Assembly (NCBI RefSeq): GCF_006345805.1
Contig: NW_021835723.1
Span: 1 to 39,122 of the forward strand
Direction: 5' to 3'
Length of the DNA: 39,122 nucleotides
Source of the DNA: Octopus sinensis
Lineage: Eukaryota
This document shows positions 1 to 13,199 of this stretch, in pieces (the stretch's first letter is position 1; every line of letters starts with the position of its first letter). Below the pieces are notes generated by a model. The model searched no databases. It worked only from the letters and a program-made list of their open reading frames with translations, and was not told the origin of the DNA. Position numbers and translations under genes: made by a program.

Positions 1-80
1 ACTTCACTCAACTGGCAACAATGGGTTGTGTCTGTAATTCAAAGGACGAGCATTGCACATATTCTGTGCGACGCTGAGCC
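1..80 (+). mobile_element. Degenerate internal fragment of SINE family A
   Basis: ctgtaattcaaaggacgagcattgcacatattctgtgcgacgctga aligns by eye with ctgtatttcaaagggccggccttgtcactctttgtgtcacgctga in the copy at 248-632. Confidence 0.55.
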
Positions 81-247
81 ATGCACCTTATTATACAGGT
101 AAATCGTTACCTAATTCAATTTCAACTTACATCATGTATAAATACGTAGATCTATATTTATCGAAACAATTGTAGTGATCAATGAAAGGCTACTTAACCG
201 TAATTACTCTTCCTTTTTACTCTTATACTCCTTATATATATATATAG

Positions 248-629
248 TGGAGGCGCAATGGCCTAGTGGTTAGGGCAGCGGACTCGCAGTCATAGGATCG
301 CGGCTTCGATTCCCAGACCGGGCGTTGTGAGTGTTTATTGAGCGAAAACACCTAAAAGCTCCACGAGGCTGCGGCAGGAGATGGTGGTGATCCCTGCTGT
401 ACTCTTTCACCACAGCTTTCTCTCACTCTTACTTCCTGTTTCTGTTGTACCTGTATTTCAAAGGGCCGGCCTTGTCACTCTTTGTGTCACGCTGAATATC
501 CCCTAGAACTACGTTAAGGGGCACGTGTCTGTGGAGTGCTCAGCCACTTACAACGTTAATTTCACGAGCAGGCTGTTCCGTTGATTCGGATCAACCGGAC
601 CCTCGTCGTCGTAACCGACGGAGTGCTTC

Positions 630-632
<3 letters not shown>
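248..632 (+). mobile_element. tRNA-derived SINE, family A, full length, inserted in a (TA)n tract
   Basis: A-box-like TGGCCTAGTGG at 259-269 and B-box-like GGCTTCGATTCCC, with a tRNA-Arg(TCG)-like head. Near-identical copies at 1353-1734 and 8946-9315. (TA)n on both sides. Confidence 0.9.
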
Positions 633-681
<49 letters not shown>

Positions 682-688
682 TATAATT

Positions 689-750
<62 letters not shown>

Positions 751-755
751 GATAC

Positions 756-787
<32 letters not shown>

Positions 788-878
788 TATAATATATATA
801 CATATACATATATATATGCAGAGAAGGAGAGAGAGAGAGGGCGAGAGAGAGAGAGAGAGGGGGTGAGAGAGACAGAGA
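633..878. repeat. Compound microsatellite (TA)n-(TAGA)n-(TA)n-(GA)n
   Basis: Directly visible. Confidence 0.95.
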
Positions 879-1352
879 GACTTATACACACGGTGGGCTT
901 CCAATATAATTCCTATCCCTCAAACTCCAGCTCTTAAAGCTTTAGTGAACTCAAGAGCCTATATAAAAAGAGAAAGAGAAATAGAAAAAGAAAGTAGCCG
1001 AATTCACAACGGGGCGGGATCGATCTACAGAAGACGGATTTGTGATGCAAATCCTATCATCCAACTTTGAATATCTACTAATGGAACCTGGATATACACT
1101 CACTGGGATTGCGCTGAAACAATCGCTAACAATGACTCTAATCCTGGAAAGCCAGCAGGACTCATTCATATTAATGGTGTTATGAATATTAAAGTGACTG
1201 TCCTCTCATGCTGATCTTACACAATCGCGTTACGCTTCTCTCCATAAGAGCACCTGCACTCAGTTATGTCAGGGTCTCTCTGAGTACCTGTCTGCCTACT
1301 TGCGGCGTGTGTGTATGTGCGTGCGTTGGTACGTCTGCTTGTGTGTTTGTGT

Positions 1353-1734
1353 GGGAGGCGCAGTGGCCCAGTGGTTAGGGCAGCGGACTCGCGGTCATAG
1401 AATCGCGGTTTCGATTCCCAGACCGGGCGTTGTGAGTGTTTATTGAGCGAAAATGCCTAAAGCTCCACGAGGCTCCGGCAGAGGATGGTGGTGATCCCTG
1501 CTGTACTCTTTCACAACTTTCTCTCACTCTTACTTCCTGTTTCTGTTGTAACCGTATTTCAAAGGGCCGGCCTTGTCACTCTCTATGTCATGCTGAATAT
1601 CCCCGAGAACTACGTTAAGGGTACACATGTCTGTGGAGTGCTCAGCCACTTACACGTTAATTTCACGAGCAGGCTGTTCCGTTGATTCGGATCAACCGGA
1701 ACCCTCGTCGTCGTAACCGACGGAGTGCTTCCAT
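1353..1734 (+). mobile_element. tRNA-derived SINE, family A, full length, with 14 bp TSD
   Basis: A box TGGCCCAGTGG and B box GGTTTCGATTCCC. TSD TTGTGTGTTTGTGT at 1339-1352 and 1735-1748. Confidence 0.92.
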
Positions 1735-1931
1735 TTGTGTGTTTGTGTTGTGTGTGTGTGGTGTGTGTGTGTGTGTATATTTGTGTATGTTTGTGCGTGT
1801 GTGTATGTGTGCGTGTGAGTGTGTATCCTGGGTACGCGTTTAAATTGAATCCAGTAGTAGGTCTCTGGTTAGATATTACAAGTCTTTGAGGAATTTTAGA
1901 ACCAGCAGTTAACCAATATGTTTCCCATGAA

Positions 1932-2307
1932 ATGCGGCGAGGTGGTAGAATCGTTAGCGTGCCGGGCGAAATGCTTACGTTCTGAGTTCAAATTCCGCCG
2001 AGGTCGACTTTGCCTTATATCCTTTCGGAGTCGATTAAATAAGTACCAGTTGCGCACTGGGGTCGATGTAATCGACTTGATTCGTTTGTTTGTCCTTGTT
2101 TGTCCTCTCTGTGTTTAGCCCCTTGTTGGTAGTAAAGAAAGAGGTATTTCGTCCCTCTGCTACGTTCTGAGTTCAAATTCCGCTGAGGTCAACTTTACAT
2201 GTCATCCTTTCGGGTCTATAAATTAAGTATCAGTCGCGTACTGGGGCCGTCTAATCGACTGGCCCCCTCCCACAAAATTTCAGGCCTTGTGCCTAGAGTG
2301 GAAAAGC
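1932..2307 (+). mobile_element. Dimeric SINE, family C (two monomers sharing a central domain, different tails)
   Basis: Head GGCGAGGTGGTAGAATCGTTAG, then the unit GTTCTGAGTTCAAATTCCGCCGAGGTCGACTTT...TCCTTTCGG...AAGTACCAG twice. Same layout as 27268-27640 on the minus strand. The central domain resembles the MetaSINE-type conserved domain (from memory, unverified). Confidence 0.85.
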
Positions 2308-2499
2308 TTCGATTCCGCAACAACAGCTATGAGCCGCGTGTGACGCATCAGCACCTAAACTTAAGGCTGTAAGTCGAAGCAGATAGGGACATATCAAATA
2401 AATGTGATCGTGTCATAGTTGAGCTTACTTTAACATTGCATTGCAACACTCAGGACCGAAATATAACAATATTTTGCATTGTCGAGAAATTAAGTAGCA

Positions 2500-2622
2500 G
2501 TTACGGGGTCGACAAACTAAGTACCAATTACACACTAGGGTCGATGTAATTGACTTAATCCCTTTGTCTTTCCTTGATTGTCCCCTCTACGTTTCGCCCC
2601 TTGTGGGCGATAAAGAAATAAG
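2500..2622 (+). mobile_element. 5'-truncated SINE family C fragment
   Basis: ggggtcga...aagtacc...ggtcgatgtaattgacttaatcc...gccccttgtggg...aaagaaata matches the 3' half of 14431-14662. Confidence 0.8.
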
Positions 2623-2624
2623 AA

Positions 2625-2778
2625 ACCAGCCTTGTCACTCTCTGTGTCTCGGTAAATCTACTGGAGGACTACGTTAAGTGTAGACGTGTCTGTGGAGTGC
2701 TCAGCAACTTGCACGGGCAGGCTGTACCGTTGGTCGGATCAATGGAACCCTCGTCGTCGTAACTGACGGACCGCCAGT
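2625..2778 (+). mobile_element. 3' fragment of SINE family A
   Basis: ccagccttgtcactctctgtgtc...gtgtctgtggagtgctcagc...ccctcgtcgtcgtaactgacgga. Confidence 0.8.
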
Positions 2779-2780
2779 AG

Positions 2781-2821
<41 letters not shown>

Positions 2822-3190
2822 ATATATATTGATGTATATGTGTGTGCGTATGTTTCTGTGTGTGCGTGGGCGTGTGTCTGGTCACATAGGAATTTGGCTG
2901 CTGTGTCTAGCAGGTGTTATATCATCGTAGATGCTCCGCTGTTAACGCGAAAGCCACCTTGTTTATTAGCATTAATACTAATAGCTCTCAGGATTATGTG
3001 TAAACAGTTAAATATAATCATATATAATATTTTTTTTCCACTGGATTCTTCTTAATGTATGTCCATTTAGCAGCTGCGCTTACCGATTTCAAATCACTAA
3101 TGGAACAAGACAAAGAGACATTTGAAAAACAACTTAAATTCAATATATACAACCATATATTACCGCATACACACATGATACAGGCATACA

Positions 3191-3244
<54 letters not shown>

Positions 3245-3256
3245 TATATATGTACA

Positions 3257-3294
<38 letters not shown>

Positions 3295-3949
3295 AACATT
3301 CATACATATATCATTTATGTTATACAGGTCACGTGGCTAGAAAGAAAATATAAAAGTCGTAAAAAGGTATTTTTTGAAAAACGAAAGAGCTTAATAGAAA
3401 ATTGTAAAATGGCGTATCACATTGTTCGCCATATTACAGTGTAAAAACGCAGGCGTTTCTGTGTATCGTTTTATGATATGTGAGCATTGCAAAGAGTTAT
3501 TGATTTGCTTTTTGTATTAAAATTTATATATAAAAAATATAATATATTTCTATAATAATTTTAAACGTGATTTCATATTTTATAGTATTTTTTTTTATTT
3601 GTTTTTGCTCAGTTTTTGAGTACATTACATATTTTATATTTATTTATATGTATTTGTTTGTTTTGCCGTTGTTGCTGTTGCTGCTGCTGTTGCTGATGCT
3701 GCTGCAGTTATTTTCTTCATTCGGATATGTTTTTGTGTTTTTATCTAATTTCATATTTTCGTTTTCTTTCATTTCTTTTTTTTCTTCTTCTTCTCCTTAT
3801 GAAATAGGTTACTTTCTTCTCGAGAGAAACCATTAACGCGCGATATGAAATTGTTTGAAAATAATACTGCGAAGATTTCGTGAAAAAATGGAAGTTCTTA
3901 GACAATAACAAATACAGCTACATACTGCTGCTTGTGTTCTTGCTTATAA

Positions 3950-4255
3950 TGATGGTGGCTGTGGTAGGCGTGGTGGTGATGCTGGTGATGGTTATGATGA
4001 TGGTGATGATGATGATGAGGATGAGGAAGTTTCACCTTCGGCAGATGTTATGGCGGTTAATGGTGTTAAGGATGGTGTCGTTATTGACATTAACGTCTCT
4101 ACAAAAACACCATCACCACAGCAATCTTCAGCGCCACCACAAAAGCCACCATCACCAACAGCACAGAACCACTACAACCACCAATATCAACACCATCACC
4201 ACCACCAGCAAAAGCACCGCTACCATCACCACCGCTGCCACCGTCAGCGCTGTTG

Positions 4256-4308
<53 letters not shown>

Positions 4309-4345
4309 GCTACTACTACTACTACTATTACTATTACTACAACAA
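3950..4345. repeat. Low-complexity trinucleotide region: (GGT/GAT)n, then (CAC/CAT)n, then (TAC)n
   Basis: Directly visible. It generates the ORFs at 3880-4392, 4050-4385 and 4152-4403. Confidence 0.85.
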
Positions 4346-4469
4346 CAGTCCTAGAAAGGTATATTGTGACAGTTACAAAACATAGAAAGTAATGTAACAA
4401 CAAGGACTGTATAATCTCAGTTACACCATCATAAATGGAATTACTATTTAAACGTAAAATACAACGTGC

Positions 4470-4558
<89 letters not shown>

Positions 4559-4773
4559 CTTACAGTACGGGGTCAGTGATCAGGTCGCAATCTCGAAGCG
4601 ACGAAAATATTTTTGGGCAAATTCAATTTAAATCTTGAAGTGAATCTAACGTTTTTTTTATTTTTTTAAATGGCTTATAAACACCTTCCATGCTGCAATT
4701 GTCTTCGTTCCACACACACGATCTCCGATCAGGTCACTTGCTATGCAAATACTTCTCCGTAATATATATATGT

Positions 4774-4868
<95 letters not shown>

Positions 4869-5052
4869 ATATATATATATATATATGTATATACTTATAT
4901 GTATATATATATATGCATATATATATGTATATACATATATAATATATCTCTATATATATACATACATATATATATACATAATATACATATATATATATAT
5001 ATACATTCATAAATACATGTATATTACATATATGTATATACACACACTATAC

Positions 5053-5107
<55 letters not shown>

Positions 5108-5125
5108 CATATATATATATATATG
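4470..5125. repeat. Long (TA)n tract interrupted by a ~200 bp unique insert at 4561-4762
   Basis: Directly visible. Confidence 0.9.
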
Positions 5126-5612
5126 CACGAGTGTAAAAGTACAAGGAACACGCTGCCATAATTGCAGAAACATGATCCCACACAACGAAACGAACATCAA
5201 GACTGCAGGCATTTCACCCCAAATATACGTGAAGCTAGAAATGAAGAGATATTTAGATAAGAAACTTTTCGATTTGTTCATGCAAAAAATAAAAACACGC
5301 AGTAATGAAACACCAACGCATAACTTATGATTACAGAGAAAACATTATTAACGTTGTGTAAAATTCATACATATATACATCTATACACACACATACACGC
5401 ACACACATATATAGATATGTATATGCACACATTCATATACAGATAGACATGCACAGACACACACAGTGTTGTGTGTAGGACTCTCTCTCTCTCTCTCTTT
5501 GACACCTATACATGGAAAACAACAATAATGGCGCATTTTACGATGAAAACTTCAAAAGTGTACATATATATATATGTATTTGAATATATATGTATATATA
5601 AATATACATACA

Positions 5613-5645
<33 letters not shown>

Positions 5646-5648
<3 letters not shown>

Positions 5649-6060
5649 CGCGGGAGTGGCTGTGTCGTAAGTAGCTTGCTAACCAGCCACATGGTTCCGG
5701 GTTCAGTCCCACTGCGTGGCACCTTGGGCAAGTGTCTTCTGCTATAGCCCCGGGCCGACCAAAGCCTCGTGAGTGGATTTGGTAGACGGAAACTGAGAGA
5801 AGCCTGTCGTATATATGTATATATATATATATGTATGTGTGTGTGTTTGTGTGTCTGTGTTTGTCCCCATAGCATTGCTTGACAACTGATGCTGGTGTGT
5901 TTAAGTCCCCGTTACTTAGCGGTTCGGCAAAAGAGACCGATAGAATAAGTACTGGGATTACAAAAGAATAAGTCCCGGGGTTGAGTTGCTCGATTAAAGG
6001 CGGTGCTCCAGCATGGCCGCAGTCATATGACTGAAACAAGTAAAAGAGTAAAAGAGGAAA
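5646..6060 (+). mobile_element. tRNA-derived CORE-like SINE, family B, with internal (TA/TG)n microsatellite
   Basis: Head GGCGCGGGAGTGGCTGTG...GGTTCAGTCCC, then CORE-like CACCTTGGGCAAGTGTCTT, an internal microsatellite, and a tail ending GACTGAAACAAGTAAAAGA. Second copy at 7381-7790. Confidence 0.9.
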
Positions 6061-6071
6061 GAGTATATATA

Positions 6072-6103
<32 letters not shown>

Positions 6104-6356
6104 CATATACATACATACATATATACATACATATATATACATACATAGATACATGCATGCATATATATATACATGCATAAATTTATGTATTTGCTTTTGA
6201 AGATTCTAGATGTGAAATCGTGTACAGATATAGATATTTTAATATTTCTCCATGGTCCTTTTTTTTTGTTTACTCAAGACCCAAATGCACTCCATGTTCT
6301 TTCTTCAGGTCTCATCTTATTCTCTTTAGACGATTCTGGCTTAAGTGAGCACTAAA

Positions 6357-6621
6357 ATAGTAAAAATAATAAATGCGCTCTTTTAAAGCCTAGCCTGGCT
6401 CACGGGCCCGGTTTCCCGGTTTCTGTGGCGTATGTGTTCCCCAGCTGGACGGGACGCCAGTACATCTCACCGTTACACAGTTTTGCCAGTTGAATGGACT
6501 GGAGCAACGTGAAATGAAGTGCTTTGCTCAAGAACACAACGCGTCGCCCGGTCCAGGAATCGAAACCATAGTCTTACGATCATGATGCTGACACCCTAAC
6601 CACTAAGCCACGCGACTCCAC
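6357..6621 (-). mobile_element. tRNA-derived SINE, family D, with 15 bp TSD
   Basis: Minus strand reads TGGCTTAGTGG (A box) ... GGTTTCGATTCC (B box), TTGTGTTCTTGAGCAA, then ACTGGCGTCCCGTCCAG (V-SINE-like, from memory). TSD TAAGTGAG(C/A)ACTAAA at 6342-6356 and 6622-6636. Confidence 0.85.
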
Positions 6622-6737
6622 TAAGTGAGAACTAAACAGAACACTAAACAGTCACGCTGGATGGAGAGTTGTTGAAATGGTCCTAGGATGTGCTTGACGA
6701 AAGATTTCAAAACAAGAGCTAAAAACACATTATAATA

Positions 6738-6892
6738 ATAGTTTCAAATTTTGCCACAAGGGCAGCAGATTTGAGGATGGGGATGAGTCAATTACATCTA
6801 TCCCAGTATACAACTGGTACTTATTTTATCGACCCCTAAAAGGATGAAAGATAAACTCGACCTCGGCGGAATTTGATCTCAGAACACAGCGA
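6738..6892 (-). mobile_element. SINE family C fragment
   Basis: ctggtacttattttatcgacccc...ggatgaaag...cgacctcggcggaatttga is the reverse complement of the family C core. Confidence 0.8.
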
Positions 6893-7380
6893 TTGTCGAA
6901 AGAAATCCGAAGTGAAGAACGAATATATAGTGAGCATATTTATTTAGCAAAAGCAACCGCCTGAAATCTAAACAACAAAAACCCTGACATACACAAAATG
7001 TTTCAACACGCGATTGCACATAAGGAATGTTACGCAGGCATATACCTAAACGTATATTTAAATTCACTTACCTACATTTCTGTATATTTTATAGCTAATA
7101 TTTTCATTGAGAACCTACAAGATTCACAGACATGCTGTAGACTTGAGTTGACATTTATGTTCAGCAAAACGAAGCAGATGTTTTGATAGTGAAGTGTGAC
7201 AAACAGTCACAGCCCTCAGCTTAGCCTCCGTACAAGCACGTTCAAGCAACACCTCATCATTTTCCTACAAGATTCGATGATATGTTTTCAAGAAACACTT
7301 ATCCAACAATTTAGTATTCGCCAGGTTTGCTGTAAGAAATCTCACTTGTATGACATCTTACCTGTTTAAAATTTTACCTC

Positions 7381-7790
7381 AGTGGCTGTGTGGTAAGTAG
7401 CTTGCTTACCAACCACATGGTTCCGGGTTCAGTCCCACTGCGTGGCACCTTGGGCAAGTGTCTTCTACTATAGCCTCGGGCTGACCAAAGCCTTGTGAGT
7501 TGATTTGGTAGACGGAAACTGTAAAAAGCCTGTCGTATATATGTATATATATATGTGTGTATGTGTGTGTGCATATGTTTGTGTGTCTGTGTTTGTCCCC
7601 CACAACATCGCTTGATAACCGATGCTGGTGTGATTACATCCCCGTAACTTAACGGTTCGGCAAAAGAGACCGATAGAATAAGTACTTGGCTTACAAAGAA
7701 TAAGTTCTGGGGTCGATGTGCTCGACTAAAGGCGGTGCTCCAGCATGGCCGCAGTCAAATGAGTGAAACAAGTAAAAGATTAAAAGAATA
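7381..7790 (+). mobile_element. SINE family B, near full length
   Basis: Co-linear with 5646-6060. Confidence 0.9.
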
Positions 7791-8162
7791 TATATTTATA
7801 TATATATATAGAATACACATGTGTGTGTGTTTGCGTTGTCATATGTATATATGTGTATATGATCTATATATGTATGTGTGTGTGTGTGCATGTATGTTTA
7901 TTATTAGTGTGTATAGGAAAGACTTGTGTAATTATTGCTGTGTTTTTCCTCCATCGATGCTAGATCGTGTAACATATGAGATTTCGTACATCTGTCGCCA
8001 ATATTCCCAACAAACCTCCCGTTAGGCTATTTTCACTATCAATTCATTTCCTGCAATCAATATACATATTGGTATGTATTGAATATACTTGACGCTGGTA
8101 CATACGCCAGCACATCCCAACACATATGTGCACGTACACACATACGCATACACACAGGCACT

Positions 8163-8199
<37 letters not shown>

Positions 8200-8423
8200 G
8201 TATATATATATTTATACACATATATATGTATGTATATATATATGTTTATATATACACATGCATATATATGCACAAATATGTTTAAATATGCAATATGACT
8301 ACGTACCATTCTACACACACATATAAACGCTTACATATATTTCTATAGATATACATATGTATACATATGCATATTTATCCACCTATATTCACATATTTAT
8401 ATAGAAATAATAAATACACATCC

Positions 8424-8454
<31 letters not shown>

Positions 8455-8508
8455 ATATATTTAGAAATATATATATATTTATATATATATTATACACATG
8501 TAGTATAC

Positions 8509-8562
<54 letters not shown>

Positions 8563-8945
8563 ATATGTGTGTGTGAGTGTTGTGTGCTTGTGTGCGTGTG
8601 TGTGTGTGTGTCACTACTTTGCTGTTGACAGATAATGGTATTTGACAATACCTTGGGTTGCTTCAATTATTTTCACCAAAAAGATGTTCTGATATTCTTT
8701 TCGTATTAACTCAGTCACTTCCTTCCCAACACCTTCCTCCCTCAATGATAATATTACTTTAAAAAAATCCAGCTACTGTTTTTTTTTTTTTTGCCATAAT
8801 GTGAAACACACATACATACGCATACTCACACGTACACACACACACGTGTAACTAAATGGTAAAGTGTTAAAATATATAACGTTCGACCACATTATTAACG
8901 GCAGCAATACGCGGATTCCTCGTCTCCTGGTGTAGTTACTGACTG

Positions 8946-9315
8946 TGGAGGTGCAATGGGCCAGTGGTTAGGGCAGCAGATTCGCGGTTTCGATTCCCAG
9001 ACCGGGCATTGTGAGTGTTTATTGAGCGAAAACACCTAAAAGCTCCACGATGCTCCGGCAGGGGGTGGTGGTGAACCCTGCTGTACTCTTTCACCACAAC
9101 TTTCTCTCGCTCTTTCTTCCTGTTTCTCGTGTACCTGTATTTCAAAGGGCCAGCCTTGTCACACTCTGTGTCACGCTGAATCTCCTCGAGAACTACGTTA
9201 AGGGTACACGTATCTGTGGAGTGCTCAGCCACTTGCACATTAATATCACGAGCAAGCTGTTCCGTTGATCGTATCAGCTGGGACCCTCATCGTCGCAACC
9301 GACGGATTGCTCCTA
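8946..9315 (+). mobile_element. SINE family A with 13 bp TSD and a short deletion in the tRNA head
   Basis: TSD TAGTTACTGACTG at 8933-8945 and 9316-9328. It lacks the segment between the two TCGCGG repeats seen in the 1353 copy. Confidence 0.92.
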
Positions 9316-9382
9316 TAGTTACTGACTGGTTTTGTAGAATCGTTGAGTTTGATTTGCTCTTGAAATAAATGCACCCTTTCCT

Positions 9383-9552
9383 GCGTTCTGAGTTCAAATT
9401 CCGCCGAGGTCGATTTTGTCTTTCATCCTTTCGGGGTTGATAAATTAAGTACCAGTTACGGACTGGGGTCGATGTAATCGACTTAATCCGTTTGTCTATC
9501 CTTGTTTGTCCCCTCTCTGTTTAGCCCCTTGTGGGTAGTTAAGAAATAAGTA
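9383..9552 (+). mobile_element. 5'-truncated SINE family C monomer
   Basis: Matches 14498-14662. Confidence 0.88.
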
Positions 9553-9604
9553 GGACCACATTTAAATTTGACCTCTAATCTACTCCCGTTTCCTTCTCAG
9601 ACGA

Positions 9605-9897
9605 AGACGCGTGGCTAAATGAACTGGAAATTAGGCTGACATTTCAATACCTGGTGGCACGTTGTGTCCTTGGGCAAGACACTCTTCCACGATGTTCCTG
9701 CATATTGAACTAGTAAAAATGAGTAGTACTTGTCTTTCAGGCTGCCAGACTTTTCACTTTCTGTGTCATGCTGAAGCTCCCCGAAGGGTACTCATATCTG
9801 TGAAGTGCTCGGCCACTTGCACGTTAATCTTATGAGTACGCTATTCCGTTGATTGGATCACCTGGAACCATTGTCGTCGCAACCGACGGAGTGCCAC
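9605..9897 (+). mobile_element. Older, diverged family A-related SINE with CORE-like segment
   Basis: Head gcgtggctaaatg, then TTGTGTCCTTGGGCAAGACACT, then the family A tail gtgctcggccacttgcacgttaat...gtcgcaaccgacggagtgc. Confidence 0.7.
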
Positions 9898-10064
9898 TTT
9901 TTTTTGCTTTCGATTCCTTCTCAAAAACTTTCTGCGTTCCCGAAGATTTCTTTTCGATTTCTTCCACCTACTTCTGAACATATTATTTATGGTTTTGGAG
10001 GTGTAAATTCTAGGCACGTGATTTAATCCGAGAACCTGTGTTGAAACTAAATCGATGACGCATA

Positions 10065-10482
10065 GGACTTTCAAATGTTGACACAAAGTTAGCAAATTCG
10101 ATGAAGAGGATAAGAAAATCGACTCCAGTACTCAACTGGTATTTATTTTATCGAACCCCAATTTACGAGAAGCAAAGTCGTTCCTCGGCGGAATTTGAAC
10201 TCAGACCGTAAAGACGGATGAAATGTCGGTTAGCATTTCGTTAACTATGCTAACGGTTCTGCCAGCTTACAGACTCTCTCTTCTTTAATATTGTTTCCAA
10301 ATTTTGGCAAAATGCTAGGAAGTTCAGGAAAGGAGTTAAGTCGATTAGATTTGACCCCAGTGCTAAATGGTACTTATTTTATCGACCCCCAAAAGGGTAA
10401 ATGGTCAAATCGAACCCGGCGGAATTTGAACTCAAAGCTTAAATAGGAATGAAATACCTACTAAACATTTCGCCATCTCACC
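10065..10482 (-). mobile_element. Two tandem diverged family C SINE monomers (about 10065-10270 and 10293-10482)
   Basis: ggta(t/c)ttatttt(t)atcga...ggcggaatttgaactca occurs twice. Confidence 0.75.
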
Positions 10483-10769
10483 GTCTGTAAAAGACACCTT
10501 TAAGCCATTCAAATCCACACAAAAACTGTTAATTTCACGTTGATATTTAACCATCACCCGCCTCACCAATAATCATAGAACGGGCTTCTGATAGTTTCCG
10601 TCTCTCGTTTGCACTAACACGTAAATACGCCTCCATCAAAGAAAAACTTGGTAACGTCCGGCACCAGGTAGTCCAGTGGGAAGACCACCGTGCATGGATG
10701 GCTCGACAGGCCTGTTTCGACTTCAAAATATTTTGGCTTGTTCTGTGTAAGAGAGCGACGTCAAACAAA

Positions 10770-10857
10770 GAATTTTGCTCATGACATTGCACGGATCAGG
10801 AATCGAAACCACAGTTTCACGAAGTATAACACCCCTAACCACAAAGCTACACGCCTA
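10770..10857 (-). mobile_element. tRNA-like SINE head fragment (family D-like)
   Basis: caggaatcgaaaccac...cctaaccac is the reverse complement of the B box and A box region. Confidence 0.55.
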
Positions 10858-10876
10858 AAATGATCTTCTTTCTAAA

Positions 10877-11460
10877 TTTTACTTGTTTCACTCGTTAGAT
10901 TGCGGTCATGTTGGAGCATCTCTTGAAGGATTTTTAATAGACTGATTCGGCGCCAATTCTTTTCTTAAAGTCTGTTACATATTGTGTTGGTCTTTTGCCG
11001 AAACCCATGGTTACAGTTAATAAATACATCAACCCCGTTTGTCAAGCGGCGGTAGGCGACAAACATATAAACACACACAGATGCAGATACACAACGTACA
11101 CACATACAGACAACGCAGATACATACACACAAACAAACACACACACACAGACACGCACACCCAAATGCAGACACATACAGATACAACACGCACTCAGAGA
11201 CACACACTCACTCACAACACAGATTACACACACACGGACACACACACACAACTCACATATACACGCACAGACACACAGACACACACAACACAGACATAAA
11301 CAGACACACACACACACGCACGCACACACTCAAGAATACCAGACTTTGGTTGGCCTGAGGCTTTAGCAGAAGACACTTCCTTAATATACACGCCACATGA
11401 TTGAACCCAGAACCATACTTCTGGGAAGGGATGTTCATACTACACAGCCACGCCTACACC
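10877..11460 (-). mobile_element. Diverged family B SINE with an expanded internal CA-rich tract (~11060-11335)
   Basis: Tail ttttacttgtttca...ggagcatc at the left and head gctttagcagaagacactt...cagccacgcctac at the right. Confidence 0.75.
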
Positions 11461-11599
11461 AATAGAAAAAGAATTCAACAATGCTTACTGCTATTTCTAG
11501 CAAATTAAATAACCACATAGATGGCCTACTCATTGATTCAATGTACATTTATATTTAGCATAACACTGTAGCATATGCCCTAAATTTGCAGTCGTAATA

Positions 11600-11760
11600 G
11601 CTGCCCATATATCACGGAATTTATGCAGTTTATATGGATGTGACCAACCTGATGCATAATTGAGGTCCTGAATCAATGCTAATAATGTGGAAACGCCGTA
11701 TTTAGGTATTCTGCGGAGAACGTTCCATTATGTCTCTGAATTTATTGACATGGAAAATTG
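11600..11760 (-). mobile_element. Possible highly decayed RTE-type reverse transcriptase remnant
   Basis: Minus frame reads SINSET*WNVLRRIPKYGVSTLLALIQDLNY, resembling the RT segment SV.RE.LW.VLR.YG.P..L..LI..LY. Recognised by eye only. Confidence 0.3.
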
Positions 11761-11881
11761 TTCATTCGATTTGTAGATTCATTGTCCTAACACACAAAGA
11801 GAGACATTGCCTTCTTCTTTTCTCCTATTCTCCACACTCACAAATTCTGCTAATATGCATGTAACAATACTCGATATTCAT

Positions 11882-12610
<729 letters not shown>

Positions 12611-13199
12611 GAAAGTCATTGAAATGAATTGAGAAAGAGAGAATGGAAGAAAGAACGAAGTGTTTCAACTTAGTATATTTCGCTGTTATTATGCAAGTAT
12701 CGCAATTGGTGGCTGGTTGAGTGGCAACGAGATAAATTCTTTCTAATAACTGCTGTGTCACACGAAAGATTCGAATAAATATGAAGCATTCATCTACCAT
12801 GGTAAATCTATCTGACTAGAATCACAATCAAAAGTACGCGTCACGCATGACTAAAAGATGCCTTCGATAAATTACGACTACGTTACCATTACAATGAAAG
12901 TCAATAGACTTCCAGAAATTCCATAGCGAGAATACCAAATTATTCTGGATTATCTCAGGTTCAAAGGTGAATTTCTATCGATATGGCTCTCAGTTAATGC
13001 TGGCAATGCGTTAAAGGTTATTATGTGATCGGTTACAGAATGTTACAAATTTGAATGTTGTATCCTCGTGATATACGTTCAATCCCAGTCAGAAAATATT
13101 CGTTTTAAGGCATCACTCACATTTTTGAAATTTTCTTTCGCTTTCTAGCATCAGGTCATCCCTGACTGAGCAATCATCTTAGTCTTATCTCCTCCCGTG

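Noticed and set aside
248-325. tRNA-like sequences with A and B boxes (also at 1353, 8946, 6621, 18817)
   Set aside because: They are SINE heads continuing into repeat bodies, several with TSDs; they are not tRNA genes.
985-1213. Short open frames, including GLIHINGVMNIK reminiscent of a Tc1 transposase
   Set aside because: The match is too short, and no DDE motifs or TIRs are nearby.
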